Of a DNA stretch of 64,000 bases, positions 53,517-64,000 are shown piece by piece. Position 1 is the stretch's first letter. Every line of letters starts with the position of its first letter. The notes under the pieces were generated by a model. That model was not told the DNA's origin, searched no databases, and saw nothing but the letters and a program-made list of their open reading frames with translations. Origin of the DNA: an uncultured Candidatus Rokubacteria bacterium (GTDB lineage: Bacteria; Methylomirabilota; Methylomirabilia; Rokubacteriales; CSP1-6); assembly GCA_963789955.1 (NCBI GenBank), contig CAWBMV010000001.1, positions 736,001 to 800,000 on the forward strand, read 5' to 3'. Position numbers and translations under genes: made by a program.

Positions 53517-54061
53517 TGCCGACGCGTGCCGTCGTCGCGCGAGCCCGGAAAATCCGGCTCCTGGTGATGGACGTCGACGGGGTGCTGACGGACGGCCGGA
53601 TGATGCTCTCCGAGCGCGGCGACGAGCTGAAGGCGTTCAACACGCACGACGGCCTGGCCATCGCCCTGGCCAAGCGCGCGGGCATCCGGACCGCGATGGT
53701 CACCGGCGAGTCGAGCCCGATCGCGAAGGCGCGCGGCGCCAAGCTCGGCGTCGACTCGGTCGTGCTCGGCGCCCGCCGCAAGGGCGAGGTGGTCGAGGCG
53801 CTGCGCGTCGAGCACAACGTGCCGGCCGAGGCGGTGGCCTTCATCGGCGACGACCTGATCGATATCCCGGCGATGCAGATCGTCGGGCTGGCGGTTGCGG
53901 TCGCCGACGCGCCGGCGGCCGTGAAGGCGGCCGCGCATCACGTGACGCGCGCGCAGGGTGGACACGGCGCAGTCCGCGAGCTGGTGGAGCTCGTCTTGAC
54001 GTCGCAGCGCTCGTGGCGGAGCATCGTCGCCGCCTACGTGCGCGAGCACGGAGGTCGATGA
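53516..54061 (+). CDS. kdsC: KdsC-family HAD phosphatase (Kdo-8-P/Kdn-9-P)
   Basis: MDVDGVLTDG, F...DG, IGDDLID, GGHGAVRELVE. Confidence 0.85.
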   Translation: MPTRAVVARARKIRLLVMDVDGVLTDGRMMLSERGDELKAFNTHDGLAIALAKRAGIRTAMVTGESSPIAKARGAKLGVDSVVLGARRKGEVVEALRVEHNVPAEAVAFIGDDLIDIPAMQIVGLAVAVADAPAAVKAAAHHVTRAQGGHGAVRELVELVLTSQRSWRSIVAAYVREHGGR

Positions 54062-55515
54062 CCACTTCCTCGAGCTCCCCGGGGCTCAGAGGCCGGACGC
54101 TCAGAAGCTTCTTGCTCCTCGGCGCCCAGAAGGTGGTGAGCGTGGTCGTCACGGCCGCCGGCGGCATCGCGCTCGCGCGATTGCTGACGCCGGAGGTCTT
54201 CGGCCTCTACGCCATCCTCATCTTCGTGATCACGCTCGGCGTCCGGTTCAGCGAGCTCGGGCTCGGCGCCGCGTTGATCCAGCGCCGCGACCTCGATCTG
54301 GCGACCGGCTTGAGCGCCGCGTTCACGGCGACGTTCGCGCTGGCGCTCGTGCTGGGCGCGGCGATCATGGCCGCGGCGCCGCTCGTCGCGCGCTGGCCCG
54401 GCGTGTCGAGCGAGGTGACCGCGCCGGTCCGCTGGCTCGCCCTGCTGGTGGTCTTCTCGTCGCTGCGTATGCCGGCGATGGTGCTGCTCGAGCGCCGGCT
54501 CGCCTACCTGCCGCTGACGATCGCCGAGACCGCCGACACCGTGGCGTTCTATCTCGTGGCGATCACCGCCGCGGTCGCCGGCGCCGGCCTCTGGAGCTTC
54601 GTGCTGGGCGCGCTCGCGGCGCGCGCCGCGAACCTGGCGGTGCTCTGGTCCGCGACGCGGTGGCGGCCGACGCTCCGCTGGAATCGCCGCGAGCTGATTC
54701 CGGTGCTGAAGTTCGGGATCCTGTTCCAGGGCAGCGTCCTGATCGGCGTCGCGGGGGACGCGGTGGTGCCGACGTTCGTGACCGCGTGGAGCGGGGTCAC
54801 CGCGGTCGGCTACCTGAACTGGGCGGCGACGCTCGCGTTCCTGCCGCTGCAGATCGTCAGCATCGCCGGCCGCGTGCTGTTTCCGGCGTTGTCGAGTCTC
54901 CAGACCGAGCCCGGCCGGTTCGCCGAGGCGACCGCGCGCGCGATCAATCGGGTCACCACGATCCTGTATCCCGCGGCCGCGCTGCTGCTCGCGGGCGCCG
55001 ATCCCGTCGTCCGGCTGGTCTTCGGCGAGGCGTGGGTGCCGGCGGTGCCCGCGGTGCGCTGCTTCTGTCTCTCCGCGATCATCGGCGGCACCTCGACCAT
55101 CTTCGTCCACGCGCTCTACGGCCTGGGCCGGCCCGATCTCGTGTTCCGGCTGAATCTCGCGAGCGCGGCGCTCCTGTGGATACTCACGGTCGCGCTGGTG
55201 CCGTGGCTCGGCTTCGTGGGCTTCGCCGTCGCCAGCGCGACCCTCGCGTGCGCCGGCGTGTCGTTCACGGCGCTGAGCCTGCGGCGCCTGGTGCCGCTCC
55301 ACGTCCTGACGGCGGTGCGGGTGCCGCTGACGGCGAGTATCGGGAGCGCGGCGGTGCTCGCGGCGCTGGCCGGCTTCTGGATTCACGATCTGCCGTCCTT
55401 GATCGCCGCTGCGGCGGTGTCGGCGGGCGCCTACGTGATCTTCGCCGGCCTCATCGGAGGCGCGGCGTGGCGGGTCGAGTTCCTGGCCGATTGGCGGACG
55501 GTGCTCCAGGGATGA
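54058..55515 (+). CDS. wzx: Oligosaccharide flippase
   Basis: LARLLTPE.FG, GLGAALIQ, VLFPALS; many TM helices. Confidence 0.85.
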   Translation: MTTSSSSPGLRGRTLRSFLLLGAQKVVSVVVTAAGGIALARLLTPEVFGLYAILIFVITLGVRFSELGLGAALIQRRDLDLATGLSAAFTATFALALVLGAAIMAAAPLVARWPGVSSEVTAPVRWLALLVVFSSLRMPAMVLLERRLAYLPLTIAETADTVAFYLVAITAAVAGAGLWSFVLGALAARAANLAVLWSATRWRPTLRWNRRELIPVLKFGILFQGSVLIGVAGDAVVPTFVTAWSGVTAVGYLNWAATLAFLPLQIVSIAGRVLFPALSSLQTEPGRFAEATARAINRVTTILYPAAALLLAGADPVVRLVFGEAWVPAVPAVRCFCLSAIIGGTSTIFVHALYGLGRPDLVFRLNLASAALLWILTVALVPWLGFVGFAVASATLACAGVSFTALSLRRLVPLHVLTAVRVPLTASIGSAAVLAALAGFWIHDLPSLIAAAAVSAGAYVIFAGLIGGAAWRVEFLADWRTVLQG

Positions 55516-56022
55516 GCCCACGCTTCTCCGCCGTCGTCGTCGCGCGCAACGAGGAGGCGCTGATCCGCGTGGACTATCCGGATCGGCTCCACAGCCATCC
55601 CGAGGTCGACGGCCGCACGATCTTCCTGCCGGCCGAGGAGGATGCCTGGATCCTGCACGAGCGCGACTGACCAGACGATCGGCGATCTCGTGCGCAAATG
55701 GGACGAGTACGCCGACAAGGAAGCGCGCGCGCAGCTCCGCGGCGGCGGCGCGCCGCCGAGCCCGCCGGCGATGCGCTGGGCCGCCGCCTCGGCGTTCCGG
55801 TTCCTCGTCGCGAAGGGCTATCGCGACGGCGTCGCCGGGCTCGTGCTCAGCGTGCTCTTCGCCTTCGACCGCTTCGAGGCCGAGGCCAAGATGTGGGAAG
55901 CGGCGCGCTATCCGCGCGAGGACGACGCGACGGTGCGGCGCCTCGGCTCCGTCCCGCGCCTGGCGGCCGCGCTCACCGGCCACGGGCTCCGCCGGCTGTG
56001 GGCACGACGGAGCGTGCGATGA
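55512..56022 (+). pseudogene. GT2 (WaaE/KdtX-like) remnant with internal deletion and frameshift
   Basis: FSAVVVARNEEALI joined directly to RVDYPDRLH...ILH; DxD core absent; C-terminal K.Y...GYRDG..GL in a second frame. Confidence 0.65.
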
Positions 56023-56660
56023 GAGTCAAGGAGACGTGGCGACGCTACTCGCCGGCGCAGGTCAAGGACTTCCTCCGCGTGGGCTACGAGGGGCGGGAGC
56101 ATCCCTCTCGACTCCGGACGATCGAGCTCCTCCAGGGGATGAGCTCGGTGCTCGATGTGGGCTGCGGCACCGGTGTCATGTTCGAGCTGCTCCGTGAGCG
56201 CCGGCCCGACATCGACTATCTCGGCATCGACGTCACCGCGCAGTTCGTCGCCGCGGCGCGCGAGAGATTCCCCGCCGACGCGGCGCGGTTCCAGGAGGGC
56301 TCGCTCTACGAGCTCGCGAAGCTGCCCGGCGTCTCCGACGCGGTGCTGTGCCGTCACATCCTCGAGCATCTGCCCGACTTCGAGCCCGCGGTCCAGCGCA
56401 TGTACGAGCGCGCCCGGCGCAAGCTGATCGTCGTCTTCTATCTGCCGCCGCGACCGCTGCGCCTGCGGCGCAAGCGCGACGAGCGGTTCGAGCCGGGCTT
56501 CTACACGCACACGTACGATCTCGGGCGCTTCGTCGACCATCTGCTGAACGGGCTCACGCCGGCGCCGAGCGAGGTCCGCATCCATCCGCGCCAGGGCACG
56601 AGCGATCCGTCGTTTCGCTGGGGCGATCGCGAAAACATCATCTACGAGGTCATCCGGTGA
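56019..56660 (+). CDS. Class I SAM-dependent methyltransferase
   Basis: VLDVGCGTG, YLGID, HILEHL. Confidence 0.85.
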   Translation: MRVKETWRRYSPAQVKDFLRVGYEGREHPSRLRTIELLQGMSSVLDVGCGTGVMFELLRERRPDIDYLGIDVTAQFVAAARERFPADAARFQEGSLYELAKLPGVSDAVLCRHILEHLPDFEPAVQRMYERARRKLIVVFYLPPRPLRLRRKRDERFEPGFYTHTYDLGRFVDHLLNGLTPAPSEVRIHPRQGTSDPSFRWGDRENIIYEVIR

Positions 56661-57586
56661 GCGTGAGTCTGGTGATCGCCACCTACAACCACGCCCGGTT
56701 CCTCGGCGAGGCGCTCGACAGCGCCGTCGCCCAGACGCTCGAGGGCGTCGAGGTCGTGGTGGTCGACGACGGCTCGACCGACGACACGGAGGCCGTGCTC
56801 GCGCGATACGGCGGGCGGCTCCGGGTCATCCGTCAGCCGAATCGAGGTCTGGCCGCCGCGCGCAACACGGGGCTCGCCGCCGCGCGCGGCACCTACGTGA
56901 GCTTCCTCGACGCCGACGACGTCCTGCTGCCGACCAAGCTCGCGGAACAGGCCGCGATCCTCGACCGCGCCCCGACCGTCGGCTGGACCTATTGCGACGT
57001 GCTCATCGAGACCACCGCGACCGGCGCCGAGATGCGAGCCTCGGAGCGGTTCGGCTACGGCGCGCGGATGCTCGAGGGCTGGCTCTTCCCGGAGCTGATC
57101 CACGGCAACTTCATCCCGGCGATCGCGCCGCTCGTGCGCCGCACCGTGCTCGACGCGGCCGGCGGATTCGACGAGCGGCTGACCGCGCTCGAGGACTGGG
57201 ATCTCTGGCTCCGCCTGTCGCTGATCGCCGAGGCGCGCTACAGCCCGGCGGTGCTCGTGCGCTATCGCGTCCATCCCGGGGGCATGAGCGAGGACCGATC
57301 CCGGATGGACCGGAATCGCTTTCGCGTGCTCGACAAGCTCTGCCGCGCGCGGCCGGCGGCGGTCGAGGGGCTGGGGGCCGCGGGACGGCGCATCATCGCC
57401 GACACGCACAACTGGCTCGGCAAGGAGGCGTACGCGCGCGGCGATTGGGCCGAGGCTCGCCGGCGCTTCACCGCCTCGCTCGTGACGGTTCCCTGGCAAC
57501 GACAGGCGCCGATGCTGCTCGGCCTCAGCCTGGTTCGCTCGGGGACACGCGCGCGGGCCGGTGAGTCGACGCCGGGACCGCGGTGA
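56657..57586 (+). CDS. Glycosyltransferase family 2
   Basis: VIATYN, VVDDGSTD, NRGLAAARN, FLDADD, EDWDLWLR. Confidence 0.92.
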   Translation: MSVSLVIATYNHARFLGEALDSAVAQTLEGVEVVVVDDGSTDDTEAVLARYGGRLRVIRQPNRGLAAARNTGLAAARGTYVSFLDADDVLLPTKLAEQAAILDRAPTVGWTYCDVLIETTATGAEMRASERFGYGARMLEGWLFPELIHGNFIPAIAPLVRRTVLDAAGGFDERLTALEDWDLWLRLSLIAEARYSPAVLVRYRVHPGGMSEDRSRMDRNRFRVLDKLCRARPAAVEGLGAAGRRIIADTHNWLGKEAYARGDWAEARRRFTASLVTVPWQRQAPMLLGLSLVRSGTRARAGESTPGPR

Positions 57587-57616
57587 GCCGCGCGACCGAG
57601 GCGCGCCCGTGAGCCC

Positions 57617-58543
57617 ATGACCGACACGCTCGTGATCATCGTCAGCTACAACACGCGGGAGCTGACCCTGCAGGCGGTCGCGGCCGCCCGCAAGGCCGCC
57701 GCCGGGCTCGACGCGCGCGTGGTCGTCGCCGACAACGGCTCCGACGGTACGGCGCAGGCCGTGCGCGCCGCCGATCCCGAGGTCACGGTGCTCGTGAACG
57801 CCGACAATCCGGGCTACGGCGCGGCCGTCAACCGGGCGGCGGCCGCGCAGCGATCGGCGTACGTCTGCGCGATGAACGCCGACGTCGTGCTCGAGCCCGC
57901 GTGCCTCGCGACCTTGCGGCGCTTCCTCGACGCGAACCCTGCCTGCGCGCTCGTCGGGCCGGCGCTCGCGTATCCGGACGGAACGTCGCAGGCCTCGGCC
58001 AAGCGCTTCCCGACGCTCGGAGTAGCGCTCGGGGAAGTCCTCGGCGTCCACCGCATGGCGCCGCGCAACCGCTGGGTCCGGCGGTTCTACTACGGCGGCC
58101 GCGATCTCGCGCGCGACACGCTCGTGGACACCGTCTCGGGGGCGGTGATGCTGCTGCGCGCGGACGCGTTCGACTCCGCGGGACGCTTCGACGAAGGCTT
58201 CCGGATGTACTTCGAGGAGACGGATCTTTGCCGGCGGCTCCTCGAGCTGGGGCACTCCGTGGCCTTCTGCCCCGCCGCGCACGCGACGCACCAGCACGGC
58301 GCCAGCACGCGGCAGACGTCGGTACGGCAGGTCGAGTACTACCTGAGCTACGTGCGCTACTTTCGCAAGCACCGGGGCCGCGGCTCGGCCGCGATCCTGC
58401 GCGCGGCGGTCGCGGCCGCGGCGCTCGTGCGGATGGGGGCGCTCGTCGTGAAGTATCCGCCGGTCAATCAGCAGCGCGCCGCCAGCCTGAGAGAGAAACA
58501 GGCCGCCTGCGCGCGCCTGCTGCGCTCGCTCGCCTCGTCCTGA
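57617..58543 (+). CDS. Glycosyltransferase family 2 (WbbL-like)
   Basis: IIVSYN, DNGSD, NPGYGAAVN, FDEGF.MYFEETDLC. Confidence 0.9.
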   Translation: MTDTLVIIVSYNTRELTLQAVAAARKAAAGLDARVVVADNGSDGTAQAVRAADPEVTVLVNADNPGYGAAVNRAAAAQRSAYVCAMNADVVLEPACLATLRRFLDANPACALVGPALAYPDGTSQASAKRFPTLGVALGEVLGVHRMAPRNRWVRRFYYGGRDLARDTLVDTVSGAVMLLRADAFDSAGRFDEGFRMYFEETDLCRRLLELGHSVAFCPAAHATHQHGASTRQTSVRQVEYYLSYVRYFRKHRGRGSAAILRAAVAAAALVRMGALVVKYPPVNQQRAASLREKQAACARLLRSLASS

Positions 58544-58557
58544 GCGATGGGTCCGCG

Positions 58558-59677
58558 ATGAAGGCCTTCATGATCGAGACCGGCGGCTGGGGCGGCATCG
58601 CGCACTACACCTGGAATCTGTGCGCTGCGCTCGCGGGCGCCGGGGTCCAGGTCTCGCTCCTGACCAATCGCGAGTGGGAGCTCGCGCACTTGCCGTCCGC
58701 CTTCGAGGTCGAGCGCTGCTTTTCGGCCGACGCCGGATACCTCGGCAACGTGAAGGCGCTCCGCGCTCGGGTGAACCGCACGCGGCCCGGGGTCGTCCAC
58801 GTGCAGAGCCTGCTCTCGACGCGGTTCGACGCGCTGCTGTGGCCCCTGATCCGACGGCGCGCGCCGGTGGTGATGACGATCCACAACGTGCGCACGCACG
58901 AGCGGATTCGCTGGGACGACTGGACGCTCTGGCGATGCTTTGCCGCGGCCGACGCCGTCGTCGTCCACACCAGGACGGCGGCGGAGATCGCGCGGCGGCG
59001 GCTTCCGGCCGACGCGAGGGTCGAGCTCATTCACCACGGTGACGCGGGCTTCCTGCACGGCGGCGCGCGGCCCGACCGCCTCGCGGCGCGCGCCGCGCTC
59101 GACCTGCCGCGCGTCGGCCTCGATCGTGCTCGTCTTCGGCGCGATCCGCCCCTACAAGGGTATTCACGGCGTCATCGCCTCGATGCCCGAGCTGCGGCGC
59201 CGCCACCCCGCCGCGCGGCTGGTCATCGCGGGCCCGCTGCTGGTCGGCAGTGAGGGGGAGTATCGCGAGGCGATCCGGCGCGCCGGCGTGGACGACGCCG
59301 TGCTGTTCCGTCCCGGCTACGTCCCGGCCGGCGACGTCGCGGCCTATTTCGCCGCCGCCGACGTCGCGGTGTTCAACTACCGGGACATCACGGACAGCGG
59401 ATCGCTCCGGCTGGCGTGCGACCTGGGCACGCCGGTGGTCGCCACCTCGGTCGGAAGCTTTCGCGAGTTCCTCACCGATGGCGTCACCGCTCGCCTGGTC
59501 GAGCCGGGCCACGCCGGGGCGCTGGTCGAGGCACTCGACGACGTGCTCGCACGACCGGAGCACGCGGCGCGCATGGCGCAGGCGGCGCGCACGCTCGCGA
59601 CGACGGCGTGGTCGTGGGCGGAGAGCGCCAAGGCCACCGCGGAGCTCTACGAGACGATCGTGCGAGGTGGCGCGTGA
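58558..59677 (+). CDS. Glycosyltransferase family 4 (frameshift ~59110)
   Basis: GGIAHY, FGAIRPYKG, ADV.V..Y....SG, PVVAT.VG. Confidence 0.85.
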
Positions 59678-61104
59678 TCCTGGCGCTGGCGGTGGCCGCG
59701 CTGGCGTTCGGCATCCGGGTGCTCGTCGCCGAGTTCCTCCAGGTCATCCAGCCCGACGGCGTCGTCTACGTGACGGTCGCGAAGCAGTTCCAGGCGACGG
59801 GCTCGCCCTTCGATCCGCTGTTTCACCCGCTGTATCCGATCTGCATCGCGCTCGCCCAGCCGCTGATCGGCGACTGGGAGATGGCGGGCCGGCTCGTCTC
59901 GGCCTTCTTCGGCGCGCTCGTGATCCTGCCCGCGTTCGCCCTCGCTCGCTCGATCGTCGGGCGTCAAGCCGCGCTGCTCTCCGCGGTGTTCATCGCGGTG
60001 CATCCGCGGCTCGTGCAGAACTCGGCCTCCGTGCTGTGCGAGGCGACCTACACGTTCGTGCTGGTGTCAGGCGTGCTGGCCGCGCGGCGCGGGCTGGTGG
60101 GCGGCCCCAGAGCGCTGATCCCGTTCGCGGGTCTCTGCTTCGGGCTGGCCTACCTGGTGCGGCCCGAGGGCGCGCTCTACCTCGTCGGCCTCGTCGTGAT
60201 CGTCGTGTTCATGATCGTCACCGGACGGGAACGCGCCGGGACGGTCCTGCCGTGGCTGGGCGCCGCCGTCCTGGTGTTCGTCGTCGTCGTCGCGCCGTAC
60301 GTCTGGTACCTCGCCGAGGTGTGGGGGCACTTCACGCTCAGCGGCAAGATCGATCACAACCTGCCGCTGTCGACGGGCGCCGCCGCCGCGCCGAGCCCGC
60401 TGCCGATGCGCGTGCTCGAGAACCTGCTGCTCTTCCAGAAGTACGCGGTGCCGGATCTCTTGCCGTGGGTCTTGCTCCTGCTCGTGCTGCCGGGCGTGCT
60501 GGCGCGCGGCCGGACGACGGGATGGCTCGGTCGCGACGCGGTCCTGCTCGCCGCCGCGCTGCCGCCCTTCGCGTCGCTCGCGTTCCACGTCGAGCCGCGC
60601 ATCTTTCTCCCGATCCTGCCGTTCATTCTGCCGTTCGCCGCGGTCGGCACGCTCTGGGCGGCCGTGACCTTGACCGACGCGCGCCGCGGCTGGCGCTGGT
60701 CGCTCGCCATGGCGCTCCTCGTCGCGCTCGTCCTGGTGCCGTGGACCTTCCAGCCCGTCCTGCGCCCGGACGCCGGCGCGGCGCTCTACCGGCAGGCGGC
60801 GCGCTGGGTCGCCGAGACGCAGCCCCGCGACGCGGTCCTGCTCGACCGCAAGCCGCTCGTCGCGTTCTACAGCGAGCGCCGCTGGGTTCCGCTCCCGCGG
60901 ATCGGGCCGGAGGAATTGCTGGCGGCCGCCCGACAGGCGGGCGCGCGGCTCGTGGTGCTCGACAGCCGCGAGTTCTTCTTCGATCGGCCGGGCCTGATTC
61001 CCTTGCTCTGGGGTCCGCCGCCTCCGGGGCTGGACGTCCTTCGCGACTTCGACGCCGCTCCGGCCGACCGGCTGCGGATCCTGGTGGTCAACGAACGTGG
61101 GTGA
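59674..61104 (+). CDS. GT-C/ArnT-PMT-like membrane glycosyltransferase
   Basis: PDG..Y...A, HPLYP, LAYLVRPEG; multi-TM. Confidence 0.75.
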   Translation: MILALAVAALAFGIRVLVAEFLQVIQPDGVVYVTVAKQFQATGSPFDPLFHPLYPICIALAQPLIGDWEMAGRLVSAFFGALVILPAFALARSIVGRQAALLSAVFIAVHPRLVQNSASVLCEATYTFVLVSGVLAARRGLVGGPRALIPFAGLCFGLAYLVRPEGALYLVGLVVIVVFMIVTGRERAGTVLPWLGAAVLVFVVVVAPYVWYLAEVWGHFTLSGKIDHNLPLSTGAAAAPSPLPMRVLENLLLFQKYAVPDLLPWVLLLLVLPGVLARGRTTGWLGRDAVLLAAALPPFASLAFHVEPRIFLPILPFILPFAAVGTLWAAVTLTDARRGWRWSLAMALLVALVLVPWTFQPVLRPDAGAALYRQAARWVAETQPRDAVLLDRKPLVAFYSERRWVPLPRIGPEELLAAARQAGARLVVLDSREFFFDRPGLIPLLWGPPPPGLDVLRDFDAAPADRLRILVVNERG

Positions 61105-62241
61105 GCGGCCGTCCCGCCCCGCGTCGATCCTCGTCGTGTCGAACCACGGCACCATCGTGGGCGGCGGCGAGCTGAGCCTCATGGATCTCCTGCGCGGTCT
61201 CGACCGCGACCGCTGGGCGCCGATCCTCGTCGTCCCCGAGGACGGTGAGGTCGCGGCGCGCGCGCGCGATCTCGAGCTGCCCGTCCACGTGATTCCGCTG
61301 CCTTCATTGCGCCGGCCGAGCCTCGCCGGCGTCGACAGCGTGCGGGCGCTCGTTCGCCTCATTCGGGTCACCGACGCGGCGCTGGTTCACGCCAACGGGT
61401 CGCGTGCGATGGCCTACGCGGGAGTCGCCGGGCGACTGGCCTCGCGGCCCGACGCTCTGGCACGTTCGCATCGCCGACAGCGACGGCCTCGTCGACCGCG
61501 CCCTGTGCGCGCTCGCCACCGTCGTCGTCGCGACGTCGCGAGCGGTCGCGCGCCGGTTCGCGTCGGCGCCGGCGAAGGTCCGGCTGGTTCCGAACGGGGT
61601 CGACCTGAAGCGGTTCGCTCCGCGGCCACCGTCGGCAACCGTGCGCGCCGAACTTCAGGTTGCGCCGTCCGACGCCGATCGCGGTGTCGATCGGACGGCA
61701 CGTGCCCGAGAAGGGCTACCGGCACCTCCTCGACGGCGCCGCGCTGCTCGAGAGGACGAAGCCCGGTGTGCACTGGATCCTCGTCGGCGACGGCGAGCTC
61801 CGGAGCGAGCTGGAAGCCCAGGCGCGTCGCCTCGGCCTCGCGTCGCACGTGCACTTCACGGGGTGGCGCGACGACGTCGCCGAGCTGCTGACGCTCGCCG
61901 ACGTGTTCGTCCTGCCGTCCGAGAGCGAAGGGTTCGGCCGCGTGCTGGTCGAGGCGATGGCGATGGGCTGTCCGGTCGTCGCGACGAACGTCGGCGGCAT
62001 CCCCGACATCGTGCTCGACGGCGAGACCGGGCTCCTGGTCGAGCCCGCCAATCCGGTCGCGTTCGCGCACGCGGTGCGCACGCTGCTCGACGAGCCGACG
62101 CGCGCCGCCCGTCTGGGCGCCGCCGGGCGCGCACGCGCGGAATCGACCTTCAGTCTGGGCGCCCACGTCGACGCGGTCGAGCGCGTGTACGACGAAGTCC
62201 TCGGGCGTGTCGCGCCGGAGGCGAGGCGCCGGTGGCCGTGA
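61097..62241 (+). CDS. Glycosyltransferase family 4 (frameshifts ~61450, ~61665)
   Basis: GGGE, VPNGVD, GR..PEKG, EGFG.VLVEAMA. Confidence 0.85.
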
Positions 62242-63389
62242 GCCCGACGAGACCGATGCGACTCGGCGTCGACGGGCGCGAGCTCCGGCCCGGCGTGCGC
62301 ACGGGGATCGGGCGGTATCTGCTCGAGATCCTGCGCGCTGCTTCGCGCGATGGCTGGTCCTGTGTCGTCTACGGCGACCCCGGAGCGGGACTCGACCAGA
62401 CGCTTGCCGGCGTCACGTTCACGACGCTCGACGGCTCGTGGACCCAGTGGTGGGACCAGGTGACCTTGCCGCGCGCGCTCGCCCGCGACGGCATCACGGT
62501 GTTGCTCTCGCCTTATTACAAGGGTCCGGTCCGCGCACCGTGTCCGGTCGTGCTCACGATCCACGATCTGTACTTCATCAACTATCCCGGACGGCACCGG
62601 CCCGTCTACGAGGCGATCGTGACACGCGCGGCTCGAACGTATGCCGGTCGCGCGACGGCGATCATCAGCGACTCGGAATATTCCAAGCGCGAGATCGTGG
62701 CGCGGCTGGGCGTGAGCGCGGCCAAGGTCAGCGTGATCCCGGTCGCGCTGGGCGCCGAGTTCAGGCCCGCGTCGCTGACGGCAGCGGCCCGTGCGCGGTA
62801 CGCGCTGACGTCGCCCTACGTCCTCTACGTCGGGAACTTCAACCCGCACAAGAACATTCCGAGGCTCATCCGCGGTTTCGCGCTGTTGCCCGGCCCGGTG
62901 CGCAGTCGGCACACGCTCGTCCTGGCCGGCGGCTACGGCGAGGGCCGGCCCGAGCTCGCCCGGCTCGCCGAGTCGCTCGGCCTCACGGACCGGGTGATCT
63001 TCTCGGGCCGAGTAGACGACGCGGATCTCCCCGCGCTCTATTCGGAGGCCGCGGTGTACGTCACGCCGTCCCTGGAAGAAGGCTTCGGCTCGACGGTGCT
63101 CGAGGCGATGGCCTGCGGGGCGCCGGTGATCACCTCGAATCGCGCCGCGCTGCCCGAGGTCGTCGGGGACGCGGGTCTCCTCTTCGACGCGGAGCAGGAG
63201 CGAGAGCTCGCGTCGGTGCTCGCGCGCGTGCTGTCCGATCCCGCGCTCGCCGACGATCTCCGGCGCCGTTCGATCGCGCGCGCGGGACTCTACACACCGG
63301 CACGCACCACCGGGCGCATCCTGGCGCTCCTGCGCGACGTGAACGACCGCGTCGTCGCGTCTGAGCCCGCGCCCGTGGGGACACGCTGA
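62238..63389 (+). CDS. Glycosyltransferase family 4 (group 1)
   Basis: TGIGRY, TIHDL, YVGN..PHKN, EGFG..VLEAMACG. Confidence 0.9.
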   Translation: MSPTRPMRLGVDGRELRPGVRTGIGRYLLEILRAASRDGWSCVVYGDPGAGLDQTLAGVTFTTLDGSWTQWWDQVTLPRALARDGITVLLSPYYKGPVRAPCPVVLTIHDLYFINYPGRHRPVYEAIVTRAARTYAGRATAIISDSEYSKREIVARLGVSAAKVSVIPVALGAEFRPASLTAAARARYALTSPYVLYVGNFNPHKNIPRLIRGFALLPGPVRSRHTLVLAGGYGEGRPELARLAESLGLTDRVIFSGRVDDADLPALYSEAAVYVTPSLEEGFGSTVLEAMACGAPVITSNRAALPEVVGDAGLLFDAEQERELASVLARVLSDPALADDLRRRSIARAGLYTPARTTGRILALLRDVNDRVVASEPAPVGTR

Positions 63390-64000
63390 TGTGCGGGATC
63401 GCCGGCCACGTCGGCCCCACGCCGCCGGAGCTCTTGCCCACGATGCTCGGGCTCCTCAAGCACCGCGGGCCCGACGACTCGGGGATCCACGCCGCCGGTG
63501 AGGTCGGGCTCGGAATGACCCGCCTGGCGATCATCGATCTCGTGACCGGACGGCAGCCGATGAGCGACGAGACCGGGCGCTACTGGGTCGTCTTCAACGG
63601 CGAGATCTACAACTTCCGCCAGCTCCGCGCCGAGCTCATGACGGCCGGGCGCCGGTTCCGCACGCGGAGCGACACCGAGGTGATCCTGCACGCGTACGCG
63701 GTCCACGGCGAAGCGTGCGTGGAACGGCTCGCCGGGATGTTCGCCTTCGCCATCTGGGACGACGCCGAGCGCCGCCTGTTCATCGCGCGCGACCGGCTCG
63801 GGAAGAAGCCGCTCTACTACTGGCACCGCGACCGGCTCTTTCTCTTCGCGTCGGAGCCCAAGGCGCTCCTGTGCCATCCGGCCGTCACCCGATCGATCGA
63901 CTGGACGGCGCTCCATCACTACCTCGCCTTCGGCTACACACCGGCGACGCGCTCGATCTTCGACTCGATCCAGAAGCTCCCGCCCGCGCACACGGCGACG
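63389..64000 (+). CDS. asnB: Asparagine synthase (glutamine-hydrolysing)-family amidotransferase, 3' truncated
   Basis: MCGIAG, HRGPD, RLAIID, FNGEIYN, SDTEV, RDRLGKKPLYY, FASEPKAL. Confidence 0.92.
   Translation, partial: MCGIAGHVGPTPPELLPTMLGLLKHRGPDDSGIHAAGEVGLGMTRLAIIDLVTGRQPMSDETGRYWVVFNGEIYNFRQLRAELMTAGRRFRTRSDTEVILHAYAVHGEACVERLAGMFAFAIWDDAERRLFIARDRLGKKPLYYWHRDRLFLFASEPKALLCHPAVTRSIDWTALHHYLAFGYTPATRSIFDSIQKLPPAHTAT

Noticed and set aside
55660..55675. Selenocysteine UGA readthrough (selB is in the window)
   Set aside because: The continuation is in another frame and no SECIS-like hairpin is evident

Overview
High-GC bacterial chromosomal segment. Gene content, codon style and REP-like hairpins suggest Candidatus Rokubacteria/Methylomirabilota, but this is inference only. 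Left half is mostly housekeeping: selB (3' part), tatA, two GT-C membrane glycosyltransferases, a DUF4124/aspartyl protease, ileS-lspA-rluD, glmU-glmS, pcrA, gatCAB, ftsE-ftsX-envC-ctpA, tsaD, an NtrB/NtrC-like pair and thiC with a TPP riboswitch. The middle is accessory: phosphodiesterase, LLM monooxygenase cluster, HAD, DD-carboxypeptidase, HU, tRNA-Thr, CopB-type ATPase, RidA, TPR protein, orphan GvpF/L, cytidylate-kinase-like/BON and HtrA. The right ~19 kb is a Wzx/Wzy polysaccharide locus running off the window. About 20 apparent single-base frameshifts, including in essential genes, look like long-read indel errors. Best leads: (1) an unannotated 53-aa very basic 'half-SWIB/MDM2' protein with its own structured leader and terminator; (2) a structured 3x105-bp tandem repeat directly upstream of the ntrB-like gene; (3) an ExeA-type ATPase plus a degenerate HD-GYP protein inserted between wza and a wzc that may be fused to a TM-SPOR module; (4) recurrent -10 boxes just ahead of start codons, suggesting leaderless transcripts.
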